Part shown: piece by piece, positions 23,351-37,399 of the stretch
Layout of the letters: every line of letters begins with the position of its first letter
Numbering within the stretch: position 1 is the stretch's first letter
Source of the DNA: Tubiluchus corallicola
Taxonomy: Eukaryota > Animalia > Priapulida
Direction: 5' to 3'
Length of the DNA: 37,722 nt
Assembly (NCBI GenBank): GCA_030141605.1
Contig: JAQGDQ010001504.1
Location: forward strand, 1-37,722
Notes under the pieces: generated by a model
Seen by the model: only the letters and a program-made list of their open reading frames with translations
What the model was told of the DNA's origin: nothing
Databases searched by the model: none
Made by a program: the position numbers and the translations under genes

Positions 23351-24046
23351 CGATGACGACACCATTTGTGGCGATCTATACATCAAACGAAAGGTCTCGA
23401 TCTAGTGTCGTGCCATTGGGGGTTGATTTTTCGAATCGGGCCCACCGGGACGAACAAGGGGTGAAAAACCTCCAAAAATGGCCATTTTTCGGCCGTTTTT
23501 TGCAAAAGTTATATGTCTGAGATCTGGAGAACGAGAATGGGCCATAGGTGGTGCTGGCTATGGATAGATAGCCCGTTCAGCGGTGGGTGTAGTAGGCATA
23601 TTTAGAATTCGCGAGAGGGCCACGGGGTCCCGTAACAGGCGTTTTTCCGGACCCAACTCGCGATTTTTTCGAAATTTTGACCTAATAGCCTGCAAAAAAA
23701 CGTGCTAGCGGCACCTGGTGGGACTCTCGGAAGGAGAAACACGGCTCTTTAGAAAGGGGAAGAACAGGGCTACACGATGATGTGGGCTATATGTTGGGAC
23801 ACGTCCATCAAAAGGAGTATCGACAGTTAATTAGACATTCTATTTTCAGCAATTTTCGCTTGGAAAACTGCTGACGCAAAGCCATTGTTCTGACGTCATT
23901 CATTGTCCCGACGTCTATAACTTTAATTCAGTAAAAGCTGCCACTGGCTTTGCGTTAGATAAGTAAACAAACAGTAGGTAGGATGTTTGCGTATTTTTGA
24001 TTATACGTATATTTATACGCAAAATTTTTTGCGGGGCCTTTGCTAG
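23351..24046 (+). mobile_element. Helitron family A, 5' end missing
   Basis: Homology to other copies; ends GGGGCCTTTGCTAG|t. Confidence 0.8.
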
Positions 24047-24336
24047 TCTAGCAATGTTACGTTGGGAGTGTGTGGGTGAGCTGCGTGGTTGCATATTTCT
24101 CTTATCAGTAGATGGCAGTAATTCACAAGATGGCTACTCCACATTGTGTTACCTAGAAGTTTTGCAACGCGCCGCCGTAGAATTACACCCTGCATTAATT
24201 TTGATAATGCAGTAAAAACGTACAGTATAATACATGTATTGTTGTAGGTATAATAATATTATACTATTTATGAAATATTAAAATTAACTGAGAAACAAAA
24301 TGGAGGTTACAGACTGGAAAGGCTTTGATATTTTAA

Positions 24337-24918
24337 TGATTTTCAATTCAATTCAGTTTTATTTTCAATTGAATTTGAACCCTGGATGAACAATACATGG
24401 GGTGCGGAATTGCTTGTCAAAGCTAGGGTTGGTGCATTAGAAGTATCGGGAAATCCCTTGTATGCTTGGAAAGTAGATTACCGCATAGAAAAAGGACTTT
24501 GTAACTGTGTTAAAGATATTGAAACTGCAGAACACATAATAGCAAGTTGTGAATTTTACACACAGATGAGAAACAAGGTCCCTTGGCAAGGAGTAACTGA
24601 TGAAGAATACTTGAGATGGCTGTTATTTGGAGAGGGAAAAATTTATGCAGTCTGCCTGCTGAAGGACATAATGGTCAAAAGAAGAAGCATAGTGAATGTA
24701 TAACTTTACAGCTGAAAAGATAAAGAGTAAAATATACTTAGCTGTGCGTAACGGGGGTATAACATTTAAAAACCCAAATTTGTTTTACGGTGTTGTAGCA
24801 TTGGAGCAAGCATGTGTGTGCGCCTTAGCATTTTTGAGTAGAAATCACCCTAGTAGTGCAATGTACATTGCTACTCGCCCTGATATAAAAGAGATTTAGG
24901 CACCGGACGGATGGATGG

Positions 24919-25010
<92 letters not shown>

Positions 25011-25419
25011 CTTTATTTAAAGTCGGCTTTTGGGTCAACAATTAACATTAGCTCAAAGAACTATTATTGCCGACTGTAAATAACAACCTACAACTACATA
25101 ACAGAGACTATTATTACCCCGCTTCTACCCTAAATACCACGCGTCAGGCAGGGCAACAGCAGGTACCATTTTTAAAGTCTTTGGTATGACCCGGCCGCTG
25201 GTTCAAACTCACAACCTCCCAGACAGAAAGCAGACGCATTACCACTAGACTAAACCGTCCGGATGGATGGATGGATGGATGAATGGAAGGCTGAACGGAC
25301 GGACGGACGGATGGATGGATGGATGAATTGATGGATGAATTGATGGATGAATTGATGGATGAATTGATGGATGAATGAATGGATGGATGGATGGATGGAT
25401 GGATGCATAGATGAATAGA
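24337..25419 (+). mobile_element. 5'-truncated LINE with (GGAT)n tail and nested SINE
   Basis: ORF 24386-24703 has a non-LTR CCHC knuckle CNC..ETAEHIIASCEFY..R; 22-bp TSD TGGAAWGGCTTTGATATTTTAA at 24315-24336 and 25420-25441. Confidence 0.82.
24920..25262 (-). mobile_element. tRNA-derived Meta-like SINE, copy 3, inserted in the (GGAT)n LINE tail
   Basis: Reverse complement of 4021-4270; GGATGGAT on both flanks. Confidence 0.9.
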
Positions 25420-25570
25420 TGGAATGGCTTTGATATTTTAACAAACCTCACCGTACCACCGTGCCATATTTAGTGGTGTCCCAAAACTGGCATTGTGACG
25501 AAGTTTGACTGAAGTCCATAGCGAAGAAACAGAGTTTACAGAAAAGAGGTAACGTTAAGACTAAACTCAC

Positions 25571-25634
25571 CACATTCGGAAGCTGAACCTCCAACCAATT
25601 GGAAATATTGCTGGGCAATCTTCAGGTGTTCTCG
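25571..25634 (-). CDS. IFT56: IFT56 exon REHLKIAQQYFQLVGGSASEC
   Basis: ttgcag|64 nt|gtgagt, phase 0-1. Confidence 0.96.
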
Positions 25635-27039
25635 CTGCAAGTCAGAAGAAAAACTTCTATAACGATCGTAAACGACTCATTAGTACAAAACATTGAAATT
25701 TAATAAGCAGCGCAGGAACGGGAAAGAAGAGATCCAAAGTAAGAGATCAAACAGAAAGCAAAACATTTCAATGATGACAGAAGAAGATAAATAGGAATAA
25801 TTATTGTTTAATTGCTCATTAGACAAAAACAGCATTACAATTACATAATCAAATATATTACACACGATTAAACAAACTGAAAACAAAAACTGCTACAATT
25901 ACTCATCAAGTGAGCAAATAATTAGTGAACAAATGATGTCACTGCTTGCAGCTGAGCTAAAAGTTAGAACTTGGAAAGCCCAACTGCAATGCATGGTGTA
26001 TTGTTAAATGAAAACCGGATGATTGTGTAAACATTAGTTCAGAATAAAGAATGCTCTAAAATATTGAAAACTACGACAGCTTTTTTTATTTCAAAACTTA
26101 GATTAAATAATAATTACCTCGGATACTCAAATTTTGTTAAACTTTCAAAGCTACACGTGGCTCAGGGAATCTACCATGATTGGCAACGGCGCTTTTTGTC
26201 ACATTCGTGTGGCCGACAAATAGAAGGCGGCACCGTGATAACCATGATCGTGACCTGTAGTGTTAGTTTCTGATGTCATATGATGTAGAGCCCATTTTCG
26301 TGACATCATGCATTTAAGCAGTAACACTTATGCAAACGTACTTGATGCGCAAGCGAAGACGCTTGCCATTGCACAAACTGTGGTTAGTTTCTGATGTAAG
26401 CAACAGCTGTGCTCGGTTGCAGTTAATTAACTTTCTAAGCTAATTATTCAAATACAAGAAACAATTACTAACTTTCATAGGCGAGAAAATGCATATTTTG
26501 GACATTAAATTAAAATGAGATTGAGTCTAAACAATCGTCCGGTCTTCCTTTAAGTGTTAGAGGCGGGATAAAAGAGATGCACAATGAAAAGAGGTGACAT
26601 GATGGTAAAATTGGGGGGTAAGTGAGTAATGTAATTAGAGAGAAGAAAAAAGCTAAAAATTATAAAAAAACTTTTAAAAAATGATGATGTGAAAAAGATA
26701 TAAATGCAAGGAAATGGCCATAGCGCTATAGCATAATAAGTCACTTATGCGTACAGGAACGGATTGTGAGTGGCAACCAACATGGTGACTACAATATGAC
26801 AGGAAAAGTTGAAGACCAAATTATTAAGTTTTCAAAAAATTAAAACTAAAAAGAAACAGAATCTAAGCTGCTCAACTCACTGCACATTCAGATATAATAA
26901 TTTTGTGAAAAGAAATTCTGTGAAATCAAAAAGACACAAGCCATTGCCTTTACTAGCTGCTATCAGTGTTAAATCACTTGTAAGAAGCCATGTATGTAGT
27001 ACAGCTGAATCAGAGCAAAAATAATATTATTTCTTAAAG

Positions 27040-27455
27040 TTGGGGTGTGCAAACTGCGGCCCGCCGAGAGATCTTGTGCGGCCCGCGAAGAGGTTTGTCA
27101 ACGTAATGAAAGTGCGGCCCACGCAATTCAGCTGAAGTCTGCGCCAATATCGCAAAGATAGTGCGGGTAGTTTTTTCCTCTAGATCGGATGGCATTAACC
27201 CTTACAAGACCGTTGTCACTTAATGTCACTGTCGGACATGACGAAATATATGGTTTTTAATATAAATTTTAATAACTTCTAAAATAGTTTCTTGAGTGTA
27301 GTAGTGCAGTAGTAATGATGTACGCAAATCGGATGCAGAAAAAATCGTTATTAGGTCCTACTGTACTTGGCTCCTTGACCAAGCTGCATGTGACCCACAG
27401 GAATTGCGGGAATGTTTAATGTGGCCCGGCTAGTCAGATAATTTGCACACCCCGG
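27040..27455 (-). mobile_element. hAT MITE copy 2
   Basis: Inverted relative to 10758-11190; TSD TCTTAAAG. Confidence 0.92.
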
Positions 27456-27587
27456 TCTTAAAGTGCTAGTATTAGTTTTGCAATCACATTTTGTAAAATA
27501 TATTTTTACATTTTTTAATTCAAATGCAATAAAATGTAGTACTCTGAAACAAAAAATTTGTGCAACGTAACTTTGTAGTGCAATTAA

Positions 27588-28205
27588 CCCTTTCACTACG
27601 GATGGTGGCACATTGCGGCCCATGTTTTTACTGCAAGAGACGGAAGGCGGTAGACTGCCACCCAAGCTCAGCACTAAGCGCAGTTACCCAAGTCTGTTTA
27701 TTTTGCTCCTTCTACCATGGTAGAAATGTGTAACAGCCGTGGGATTGGGGTTGCTTTGCAACAAGTAACGCTAACCAGCCAACCAATGTCTGAAGCAATG
27801 TGCATTCCACAATACTGTACTGTATGGTATGTTCCCATGCAAAATCACTTGAAGACCGTTGGTGAAACGTATGTTTAGTTGATTGTTCTGCATTCTTATA
27901 AAATGATTGCATATTATGGATTAGTATTGTGTCTTTTGTGAAAACTGGTTTCTAAATATAAGTACATGCTTATTTATGAAGGTGTGCACGTGTGTGTGTG
28001 TGCGTGTGTGCATGCGCGTGCGTGTGTGTGTGCATGAGTGCATGGATGTGTAGAAATAAAACTAATATTTAATATTAGTAATCAATAACGAACAACTATT
28101 CGTTTACTTACAATATTCAGTTTTAGTAACACACCACAAGAAGTTATGGTCAAACGTGCGAAAGTCAATGTGGCCCAGTTAAAAAGCAACCGCGCAGTGA
28201 AAGGG
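27588..28205. mobile_element. piggyBac-type MITE
   Basis: TTAA|CCCTTTCACTRCG...CGCAGTGAAAGGG|TTAA. Confidence 0.8.
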
Positions 28206-28329
28206 TTAAATTTTTATGTCCGAAATATGCCTTAAAACAAAAACCGGCTATGACAGTATTGTGTGAACACCTAATGCTGCAAATAATATCATTCACTAGG
28301 GGATTAAACACTACATTCCACACGAAATA

Positions 28330-29176
28330 CAGTCTAGCCTCGTTATCTCGCCCCTCGTTATGCCGCCAAACTCGTCTCTCGCCATAGAAAGTACCAGGAC
28401 GGATTTCCTGCTTTGATATTTACCTCGTTAAGTCGCCACCCTCGCTTCTCGCCCTCGCCACGTCATGCTAGGATGAGTGCTTATGTAAACTATATTCGTT
28501 ATGTCGCCAAACAGACAAACTCAGAGGTGAATCGATCAATACATATATCGCGTGTCGATCAGTATAACCGTAGTATGTAGACAATGCTGCTGTACTCGAT
28601 AGACAGACATAATTAATCTAGTGTGTGTCTCACCAGGATTAGATTAGGAGTGCTGAGGTTGGCTAATGCGCAGAGAAACTAAAGCGTCACCGATATCCTT
28701 ACTCTATAACACCAAAGCTGCATTTAAGTTTGAGTTTCCACAAAGTATGAGCAACTTTACATGATGTCTCTGAAGCGAAAACTGTTTTGTCTGTAAATAT
28801 CGTGTTGACTGCTTGCGTGTATCATCAATGAAACAGTCGTCTCTTCTGAATTATTTCAGTCATCAGTAACTCATTTGTGAACATTTCTAAATCTTTTGCT
28901 AAGTTTATTGCATTTAAATGTATACTCGAAAAAGGTTTTTTAAATAAAAAAGTAACATTCTAAGATTATTTTTATGACATTTTTTCATTTCTGATTTAAT
29001 GTTGATTGGTATCATAATGCGAAATATATTTTATATGTACAGAGGAACACTATGTTAATCAACTATTATGTATATACATATAGACTAACTTCGTATATTC
29101 CCGTTATCTCGCCATACTCGCCTGTCGCCAAAAATTTGCCCTAGACGGACAGTGGCGAGATAACGAGGCTAGACTG
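28330..29176. mobile_element. Tc1/mariner (pogo/Tigger-like) MITE
   Basis: TA|CAGTCTAGCCTCGTTATCTCGCC perfect 23-bp TIR|TA. Confidence 0.92.
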
Positions 29177-29664
29177 TATTAGAAAAAATGTCAAGAAAAT
29201 CTCCACACTAAGGGTAATAAATTATGACATGCATTTGTTTATTTCTAATTATGGTTGAAATAACTATGCAGGACTCGGCAATAAAATTAACACACGAAAT
29301 GAAAAATATATTCTAATCGTAATGGTAAAACTAAACTAATGAAACAATGAGTCGATCAAGGGTCATCATAACCTATCAAAAACTTTTGACAAATGTATGA
29401 AAAACACACCACAAAACTATTCTAGCTACCGTAAAAAATATCTTAGGCGCATTGTTAATTAGAATTCGGCAACGGTGATTTCGTTCAAACTTTATAACTT
29501 TTAACAACACGCCCTGAACGAAAAAACAAAGAAATGAAAAAAGCACAAATAATGAACACTCTTTTACCCCCTCTGCTGTGTTCTCCTACAAGACGTGGTG
29601 GTTACAACGTGAAATAAAACAGAATGAAGCTAGTGAAACTTCCACAAATGTCTTATAATATGAT

Positions 29665-30145
29665 CAGGGTTCCCACAGAAGTTTAAAATAAATTTTCCTG
29701 GCTTTTCCCTGACCAAATATTGATTTTCCATGACCAAGATAAGCAAAAATTGCATTACCAGTATACATATTAAAACATTTTTGTGTGCGGACATTCATAC
29801 AAATACTGATATGTAATGTGTCTGCACAGTTGCAGTAGTGCTAACGAAATTACAATAATCACATCAAATAAACTTTCTTAATCCAATCATTATTTTTGGA
29901 AATGAAATCGAAACTGGGAGCCTGCCATAGGAAAATTTTATTTGAACACAAATCACTGAAAAAAATGTTTGGAAAAATATCGGTTCACGATGATTATTTC
30001 TGCAACTTTTTCCAATCCCTCCCATTTTCATCATTTTCCCTGACTTTTTTATAAAACTATCTTTTTCCCTAGTTTTTCCATGACTTTCCAGGATAACCTG
30101 TATTTTTAAATTTGATTTTTAATTTCCCTGAACGTGGGAACCCTG
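29665..30145. mobile_element. DNA-transposon MITE, hAT-like
   Basis: TIR CAGGGTTCCCAC/GTGGGAACCCTG; subterminal TTTTCCCTGAC repeats. Confidence 0.75.
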
Positions 30146-30263
30146 TGTATGAATAAAAATTTAATATTAGCTGCAGAAGAAAAAATATTGACACCAGATA
30201 CTCAGTTGATAAACAAAGTTTTAAAATATTCATTTCTGCTGTGAGTTGTTACAATAGTAAGCA

Positions 30264-30876
30264 CAGTAAGTCTTCGCTTAACGACGCTAATCCATTTCGA
30301 CAAAATGCGACGTTAAGCGAATCGCCGTTAAACAAAGCCTAGACTTCCATAGAGAGTAATGTAAAAGAATTGAGATACGTTCCAGAGACAAAAATCAATA
30401 CTGCTTAAATCATATAAGTTGAACATTCTATGAGTTTTATTCATATTTCTACTGATTAATGTCTTCCTGTTTGCCTGAAACCACCTATATATTTTACTTA
30501 GCAATACTTAGCTAAAGCGGTTTCTCTTTTGTTAATGTTTAAGGTCTAGTCAGCAGTTGAACAATAAACACTGCAGAGTCAAGCCCTTGGGAATTTTTCC
30601 TACATACTTAGTCTTGTTGCTATAGCAACAGGTTGCAGGCAAAATTGCTCGCTGGTCACTTGATACCCAAACCGCACAGTAATACAGTAGTAGCGTCAGT
30701 AGTCAGTCCCGAAGAAAAAACATGTATAATAATTACACTGTTTACATTACTAGTGCGTTTTTAGAACAGAATAACCCAATAGGTGCTGCTTTAATCCATC
30801 AAATTAAGTAAAAATTTTGTTAATCAAATAAAACGAAACGTCGTTAAACGGGGAGTCGTTAAGCGACGACTTACTG
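30264..30876. mobile_element. pogo/Tigger-like MITE
   Basis: TIR CAGTAAGTCKTCGCTTAACGAC; TA on right, CA on left. Confidence 0.85.
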
Positions 30877-30914
30877 TACGGCTTTTTAGGGTACTGAAAG
30901 AAAAGGTTACTCAC

Positions 30915-31024
30915 TGAACCCTGTTGCTGACCCAGAGCAGCATGTACGACGCCTTTCAGAATGTACTCCTGGGGCGTGGTCGGTTCCAGATCTTTAATGA
31001 GTTTATGAGCTTCTTGAACATCAT
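30915..31024 (-). CDS. IFT56: IFT56 exon (D)DVQEAHKLIKDLEPTTPQEYILKGVVHAALGQQQGS
   Basis: cag|110 nt|gtgagt, phase 1-0; lies inside ORF 30804..31097. Confidence 0.96.
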
Positions 31025-31356
31025 CTGTGTGGGATAAGAAAATAATCAAAGCCGTAAATGAGTAATTAGAAGAACTATGAGAAGCGGGGGGGGGCACAAG
31101 TCGGCCTTCTCCGGAGGAACGAAACCGAGTTCAAAATACTTATGAACTCTAAAAATGATATGAAATCGATTTTTTAACAGCCAGCAAAAGATAAAACCAC
31201 TACACAATGTACACATTTATCAATCCATACCTAGTTCAAATAACTAAGCTATAGTCTTCAATACAAAGTCTAAGAACGTGACTAAGTGACCAGGGGCACT
31301 TTATGACCTTTTGGGGCCTCAGCAAATGAAGTTATGGGGCCCGGATAGAAGAAGCC

Positions 31357-31430
31357 ACCCTCTAACTTGGCTTCACTCGCCACCCTCAAACTTGGCTTCA
31401 CTCGCGACCCTCAAACTTGGCTTCACTCGT
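31357..31430. repeat. 3 x ~22-bp tandem repeat
   Basis: CACCCTCAAACTTGGCTTCACTCG. Confidence 0.85.
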
Positions 31431-31547
31431 CTTGAAAATTTTTTACTGGTGATATAATTTAGCAACATTTCCATAGCCCGAAGTAAACTTCTCGCAAATT
31501 CTCTAAATAAATTACCTTTTGTTTGTCAGTAAAAATATTCTTTAAGA

Positions 31548-31981
31548 CAGGAGTGTGCAAACTGCGGCCCGCGGGCCACTTGCGGCCCGCCGAGAGATCT
31601 TGTGCGGCCCGCGAAGAGGTTTGTCAATGTAATGAAAATGCGGCCCCCGCGATCCAGCTGAAGTCTGCGCCAATATCGCAAAGATAGTGCAGGTAGTTTT
31701 TTCCTCTAGATCAGATGGCATTAACCCTTACAAGACCGTTGCCACTTAATGTCACTGTCGGACATGACGAAATATTTGGTTTTTAATATAAATTTTAATA
31801 ACTTCTAAAATAGTTTCTTGAGTGTAGTAGTGCAGTAGTAATGATCTGCGCAAATCGGATGCAAAAAAAATCGTTATTAGGTCCTACTGTACTTGGCTCC
31901 TTGACCAAACTGCATGTGGCCCAGAGGAATTGCGGGAAAGTTTAATGTGGCCCGGCTAGTCAGATAATTTGCACACCCCTG
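31548..31981 (-). mobile_element. hAT MITE copy 3
   Basis: Inverted relative to 10758-11190; TSD CTTTAAGA/CTTTAACA. Confidence 0.92.
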
Positions 31982-32312
31982 CTTTAACAAATTCAATTAT
32001 TTTACTATTTAAGGCAAACCAAATTAACACATATCTCAATATAACCGTACATAAAAAACAGATTTTTTATCGAATGTTATCAAGGCTTGAGAGTCACCAA
32101 ACTTGAGGTGCCCTAGAATCCAACCTATACTAGCCTATCGTAGCGACTATGTACAGTATTCTTGTTAGACTACTGGGTCAACGCCCAAATAATGTTCTGG
32201 AAGTAGTTTAGTCTAATTAAATATTAAAAGCAGCGAAAATTTTTAAAATGTTAATTACCTGATTAGCAGAGCGCATTTAAAGAAACTTACTCTCCAAAAA
32301 CCTGCCTATATT

Positions 32313-32773
32313 CAGGGATGAGAATGACAAACTGCAAAAACTCTGAAACAAGCCGGGGGGCTGGGGGGCCCCGTAAACCATAGAGAGCCTCTAAGTGGAC
32401 TTAAAATATCAGTTACCTTGTTTCATGCATAACTTAAAATACCCAACTATCAAGGATACATGATACCTAATTGTCTCAAAAACGCCTAAGTACTGGCCGC
32501 TTCTATGCAAATGTATATAAAAACTGTCTGCAATTGACTCAAATAACTCCGCACAATTGATTCTATATTTTTATACATAGAGATATACACGTGGTTACAC
32601 TGATGTACGTGATGTAAACAAAGTGACGGCCTGCCAACTAGTGGTCAGCTGGTGAAATAATGTACTGGGTCCGTAAAAATTTTCTCAACGAATTTACGCG
32701 ATTTACAAAAATGGCACTACTGGTCTTCCAAAAACTCGGTATTCCGCGTATCCACGGAAAATTTTCATCCCTG
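32313..32773. mobile_element. hAT-like MITE
   Basis: TIR CAGGGATGARAAT; TSD CCTATATT/CCTATACT. Confidence 0.8.
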
Positions 32774-32875
32774 CCTATACTATAAGTTTTGTCATTTACT
32801 AAATAGATGTAGCAGAACTAAACTACAAAGAAAAATTCTCAAATCTCCCACTGCTAAGCTTTCATCACTGCTTAC

Positions 32876-32978
32876 CTTGTCTGAGATGATAAATGACTAG
32901 ATTTAATCTCGCTTCTGGTATCACATCAATTAACGGAGGCAGAGTTTGCATAGCTCCATCCCCACCACGAAATACTAC
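32876..32978 (-). CDS. IFT56: IFT56 exon [34 protein letters not shown]
   Basis: ttgcag|103 nt|gtaag, phase 0-1; near-identical to the TTC26 motif. Confidence 0.96.
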
Positions 32979-33067
32979 CTGCAAGAAGTGAGTAGACAGA
33001 TTTGAGAAAATTGACCGGCAAATACAAACTGGGCAATTTTCAAGGTTAAGACATGATTTTCAGAGTA

Positions 33068-33390
33068 CAGTCGACCCTCGTTAAACCGGACCCCGTTAGC
33101 ACGGATATCGGATAAGACGGACGTCATCCGTGGTAAAGGAAACTGACCGATTTCCGTCAGAGCCGGAGCGCTAAACACAACACGGCCTACCAACTGTACA
33201 ATAATTTCTTTATCCTCACAGGTTAACTATTTTAAAGTAATATACAGTATAGTATATAGTGCGATGTATATAGGCCTTATTAAGGTGATTATTCCTGTAT
33301 AATATAGACCATATATAGGCATATCGGATAATCGGCTAAACCGGAACACCCACCCACCCCCAATTAGTCCGGTTTAACGAGGGTTGACTG
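33068..33390. mobile_element. pogo/Tigger-like MITE
   Basis: TA|CAGTCRACCCTCGTTAAACCGGAC TIR|TA. Confidence 0.9.
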
Positions 33391-33697
33391 TAGTAAGATC
33401 AAGACTTTACGATACGCTAGGCTGATAGTTTGTCCCGCTCGTATCTATTGTGAATTTATGGTTGTTTATGTAATGAACAGATTAAACAATTACTTGTGGT
33501 GTATTAGAAACACTACTAACCTAGTTTTTACGTGGTCATTATTAATTACATCAATTTGCATAGCGTTTATATACAAGCAGGCTACATAACTGCTTGTTGT
33601 GTAAAACCTCACACTTGTATGTGGCAATTATATAGAAACTGTGCTCAGTAACTGCCTGTAGTGTGTTATAAAAAGTGCTCGTTACATGAATATGAAA

Positions 33698-34104
33698 GTT
33701 GTTGGCATCCTTCTGTCTCGGAAGACAATGGAGTTAGCGCCAAGAGAGTCAGTTATTGATCACATTGATGGAGCTGCAGCGTCAACTGTGGCTGAGCAGT
33801 CCGATCCCTGAACGTCTCCAGGGCGCACGCCTGGGCAAGGTGTATGGAGATCCTGACTTGCCCAGACAACAGGAACCCCTCTCTTCCTCCCTGTGTAGTC
33901 CAAAGGAAAGCAGAGCGATACGTTTGGGACCAGGTTGGCTGCAGGAGCTGCCGGAGTCAGTGAGCATGCTGCACTGGTCCACCTTCGGGGCTCCACTCTT
34001 GATTTGGAAGGTTTACTCCTCTACACATGGCCATTGGGTCACTTGACCTTCTCCACCCTCTAGCCGTTGGCTGTGCTTGTGCAACTCCTCCGCCTAGTGT
34101 TGAG
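33698..34104 (-). mobile_element. RTE-derived element, same body as 4817-5222, no 5S head
   Basis: Reverse-complement homology; flanked by ~100-bp direct repeats. Confidence 0.88.
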
Positions 34105-34361
34105 TAATACCTTGCACCTGTTCGTTATGTGGCACTTATATAGAAGCTGTGCTCTGTAACTGCCTGTAGTGTGTTATAAAAAGTGCCCTTTACATGACTA
34201 TGTAAAGGCAATATGTAAAGATACAGTGTGGGCAATGTGAAAGTACATCTACACATTTTCAGAATAGAATAAGTATTTTTTTCCACAAGTTTGACTCCCC
34301 TCAAACTTTGGCGCCCTAGACTATTGGCTAATACGACCCGGAGCAAGATTCAAAATCTTAC

Positions 34362-34436
34362 CAGGTTGTGTTTGATGAGATCGCGTCCAAAAGTGAAATA
34401 AGGAGAAGAAATGTTCTGTAGACTTTTCAACTCAGC
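34362..34436 (-). CDS. IFT56: IFT56 exon AELKSLQNISSPYFTFGRDLIKHNL
   Basis: cag|75 nt|gtaag, phase 0-0; homologous to AELKSL...ELIRHNL. Confidence 0.95.
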
Positions 34437-34469
34437 CTGTAATAGAAAAAATGCTAAACTTAAAATGAG

Positions 34470-34509
<40 letters not shown>

Positions 34510-34606
34510 AAATTAGAAAATAAATAAAATATTGGGGTTGGGTTTAATAGCTGTGAGGCCAACTAGAATCAATTTTGGTGCCCCCCAGGCTCAGAGCCAA
34601 AGACTG

Positions 34607-34647
<41 letters not shown>

Positions 34648-34648
<1 letters not shown>

Positions 34649-35340
34649 TAGCCAAACCCCACAAAAAGAATTTTGTGCACAAATCAACACACAACCCACA
34701 CCACACCACTCCACCTCATCACACCACACCATACCACTCCACCTCATCGCACCACACTGCACCACACAATACCACCACACCGCACTGCACCACACCATAC
34801 CACTCCACCACATCACACCACACTGCACCACACCATACCACTGCACCACCCACACACCACACCACACCACCCACACCATAATACTCCACAACATCACACT
34901 GCACAGCACCACACCATAACACCACACTGCAACACACCACCCACCCACCTACACACCACACCACCCACACCATACTACTCCACCACATCACACCACACCG
35001 CACCACACCATACCACTGCAGCACACCGCACCACCCACCCACACACCACACCACACCACCCACACCATTCGACTCCACCACATCACACCACACTGCACCA
35101 CACCACACCGCACCACCTACACACCACACCACCCACGCCATAATACTCCACCACATCACACCGCACTGCACCACACCATAACACCACACTGCACCACAAC
35201 ACCCACCCACCCACACACCACGCCACCCACTCCATACCACACTACCCACACCACACCCCACACACCCTATCACCCCACCACACCATCCATAGCACAACAC
35301 ACAAAGCACACCACCACCACACCACATCAAATCCACCACC
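34648..35340 (-). mobile_element. Putative Helitron family B with (CACCA)n-rich body
   Basis: Minus-strand end CACAAAA-TTCT-TTTTGTG GGGTTTGGCTAG|t abutting (TTA)n; inverted copy at 37400-37688. Confidence 0.6.
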
Positions 35341-35483
35341 TCACGTGGTGATCATGATGTTGATGATGATGATGGTGGCAACGATGACGACACCTATAGC
35401 ACAAGCACCAACAGCACAGCATTACAACAAAACCATTCCAAACATTTTTCACAAAGTTGAAACTATGTGCTATAATATAATAA

Positions 35484-36455
<972 letters not shown>

Positions 36456-36628
36456 TTGTGTTGCAAAATAAGCTATGTAGCAGAATATTATCAAAGAGAG
36501 TCACATTTTCAATCATTTTCGTTTTCATCTGCAGAGATAAACTTTTGAACTAAAACAAAAAAAGTAAAAAAATCCAAACAAATTTTGAGATTTGTGGTTT
36601 TTTAGAACGCGTAACTGTTTTATCTCAC

Positions 36629-36730
36629 CTCTGCAGCTTTTCCATTATACAGCTTAAAATGGTTGCAGGCCTTCAAGTTTACGGCAATAACGCTGTCCGG
36701 ATATTGCTGTAGGTAAGCAGCTAGAACCTC
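36629..36730 (-). CDS. IFT56: IFT56/TTC26 internal coding exon (first in window), [34 protein letters not shown]
   Basis: tacag|exon|gtgaga, 102 nt, phase 0-0; matches recalled vertebrate TTC26 [34 protein letters not shown]. Confidence 0.95.
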
Positions 36731-37399
36731 CTGTAAATTAAATATTAAGTCTCAAATTTCGATTCAAATGTCGAGGGAAAAATGAAGTTTTTATCAAGTG
36801 ATGGACGATTAAGCAGATTAGTTGAATCAACGCAAATCTCATCCGGATAAATCAAATATAAAATAAAAATGCTAGTACAGTATCAACACTCTCTTATCAA
36901 CTAGAAAAACATTTTTATTATATTTGCACCTGTTTCTTAATTACTCAGGTAAAGTTCTCAGCCTCCTACACGACTATAACTATCAAAATAAAAATTTTGG
37001 TAGACAAAACCTGTTACAAAGAATATTTTGCATTCCTCCAAATACATTCGAAAGAAAAAAAGCTTTGCTAAATTTAGTCAACTTCTTCCGAAGGGTATGT
37101 AAATTTATTTACTATTTCTGATCCGCAAAATTGATATATTGTCCTAACTTGTTACGGTCAAATGCTGGCATACTTGGGCACCTTATTGCCATGACGATAA
37201 GATTTAGATTTTTAGATTTTTCACAAAAATGAGTGCTTTTTTCTCTGCACTGACGATGACTGATTTGCTTTAAAGTTTAGACAACTTGTTTTACTCGGTT
37301 AAAACAAGGATTAGAATCATTAGTTTTCTGATATGTTAAGGGCAAAAGGGGCGCGCGCGGGGGGGCGGGGGCGCGGCAAGCAAGGGGCAAGGGGGGGCG

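Noticed and set aside
34544-35339. His/Thr/Pro-rich and Trp/Cys/Val-rich ORFs
   Set aside because: Low-complexity (CACCA)n sequence lacks stops in most frames; intronic repeat
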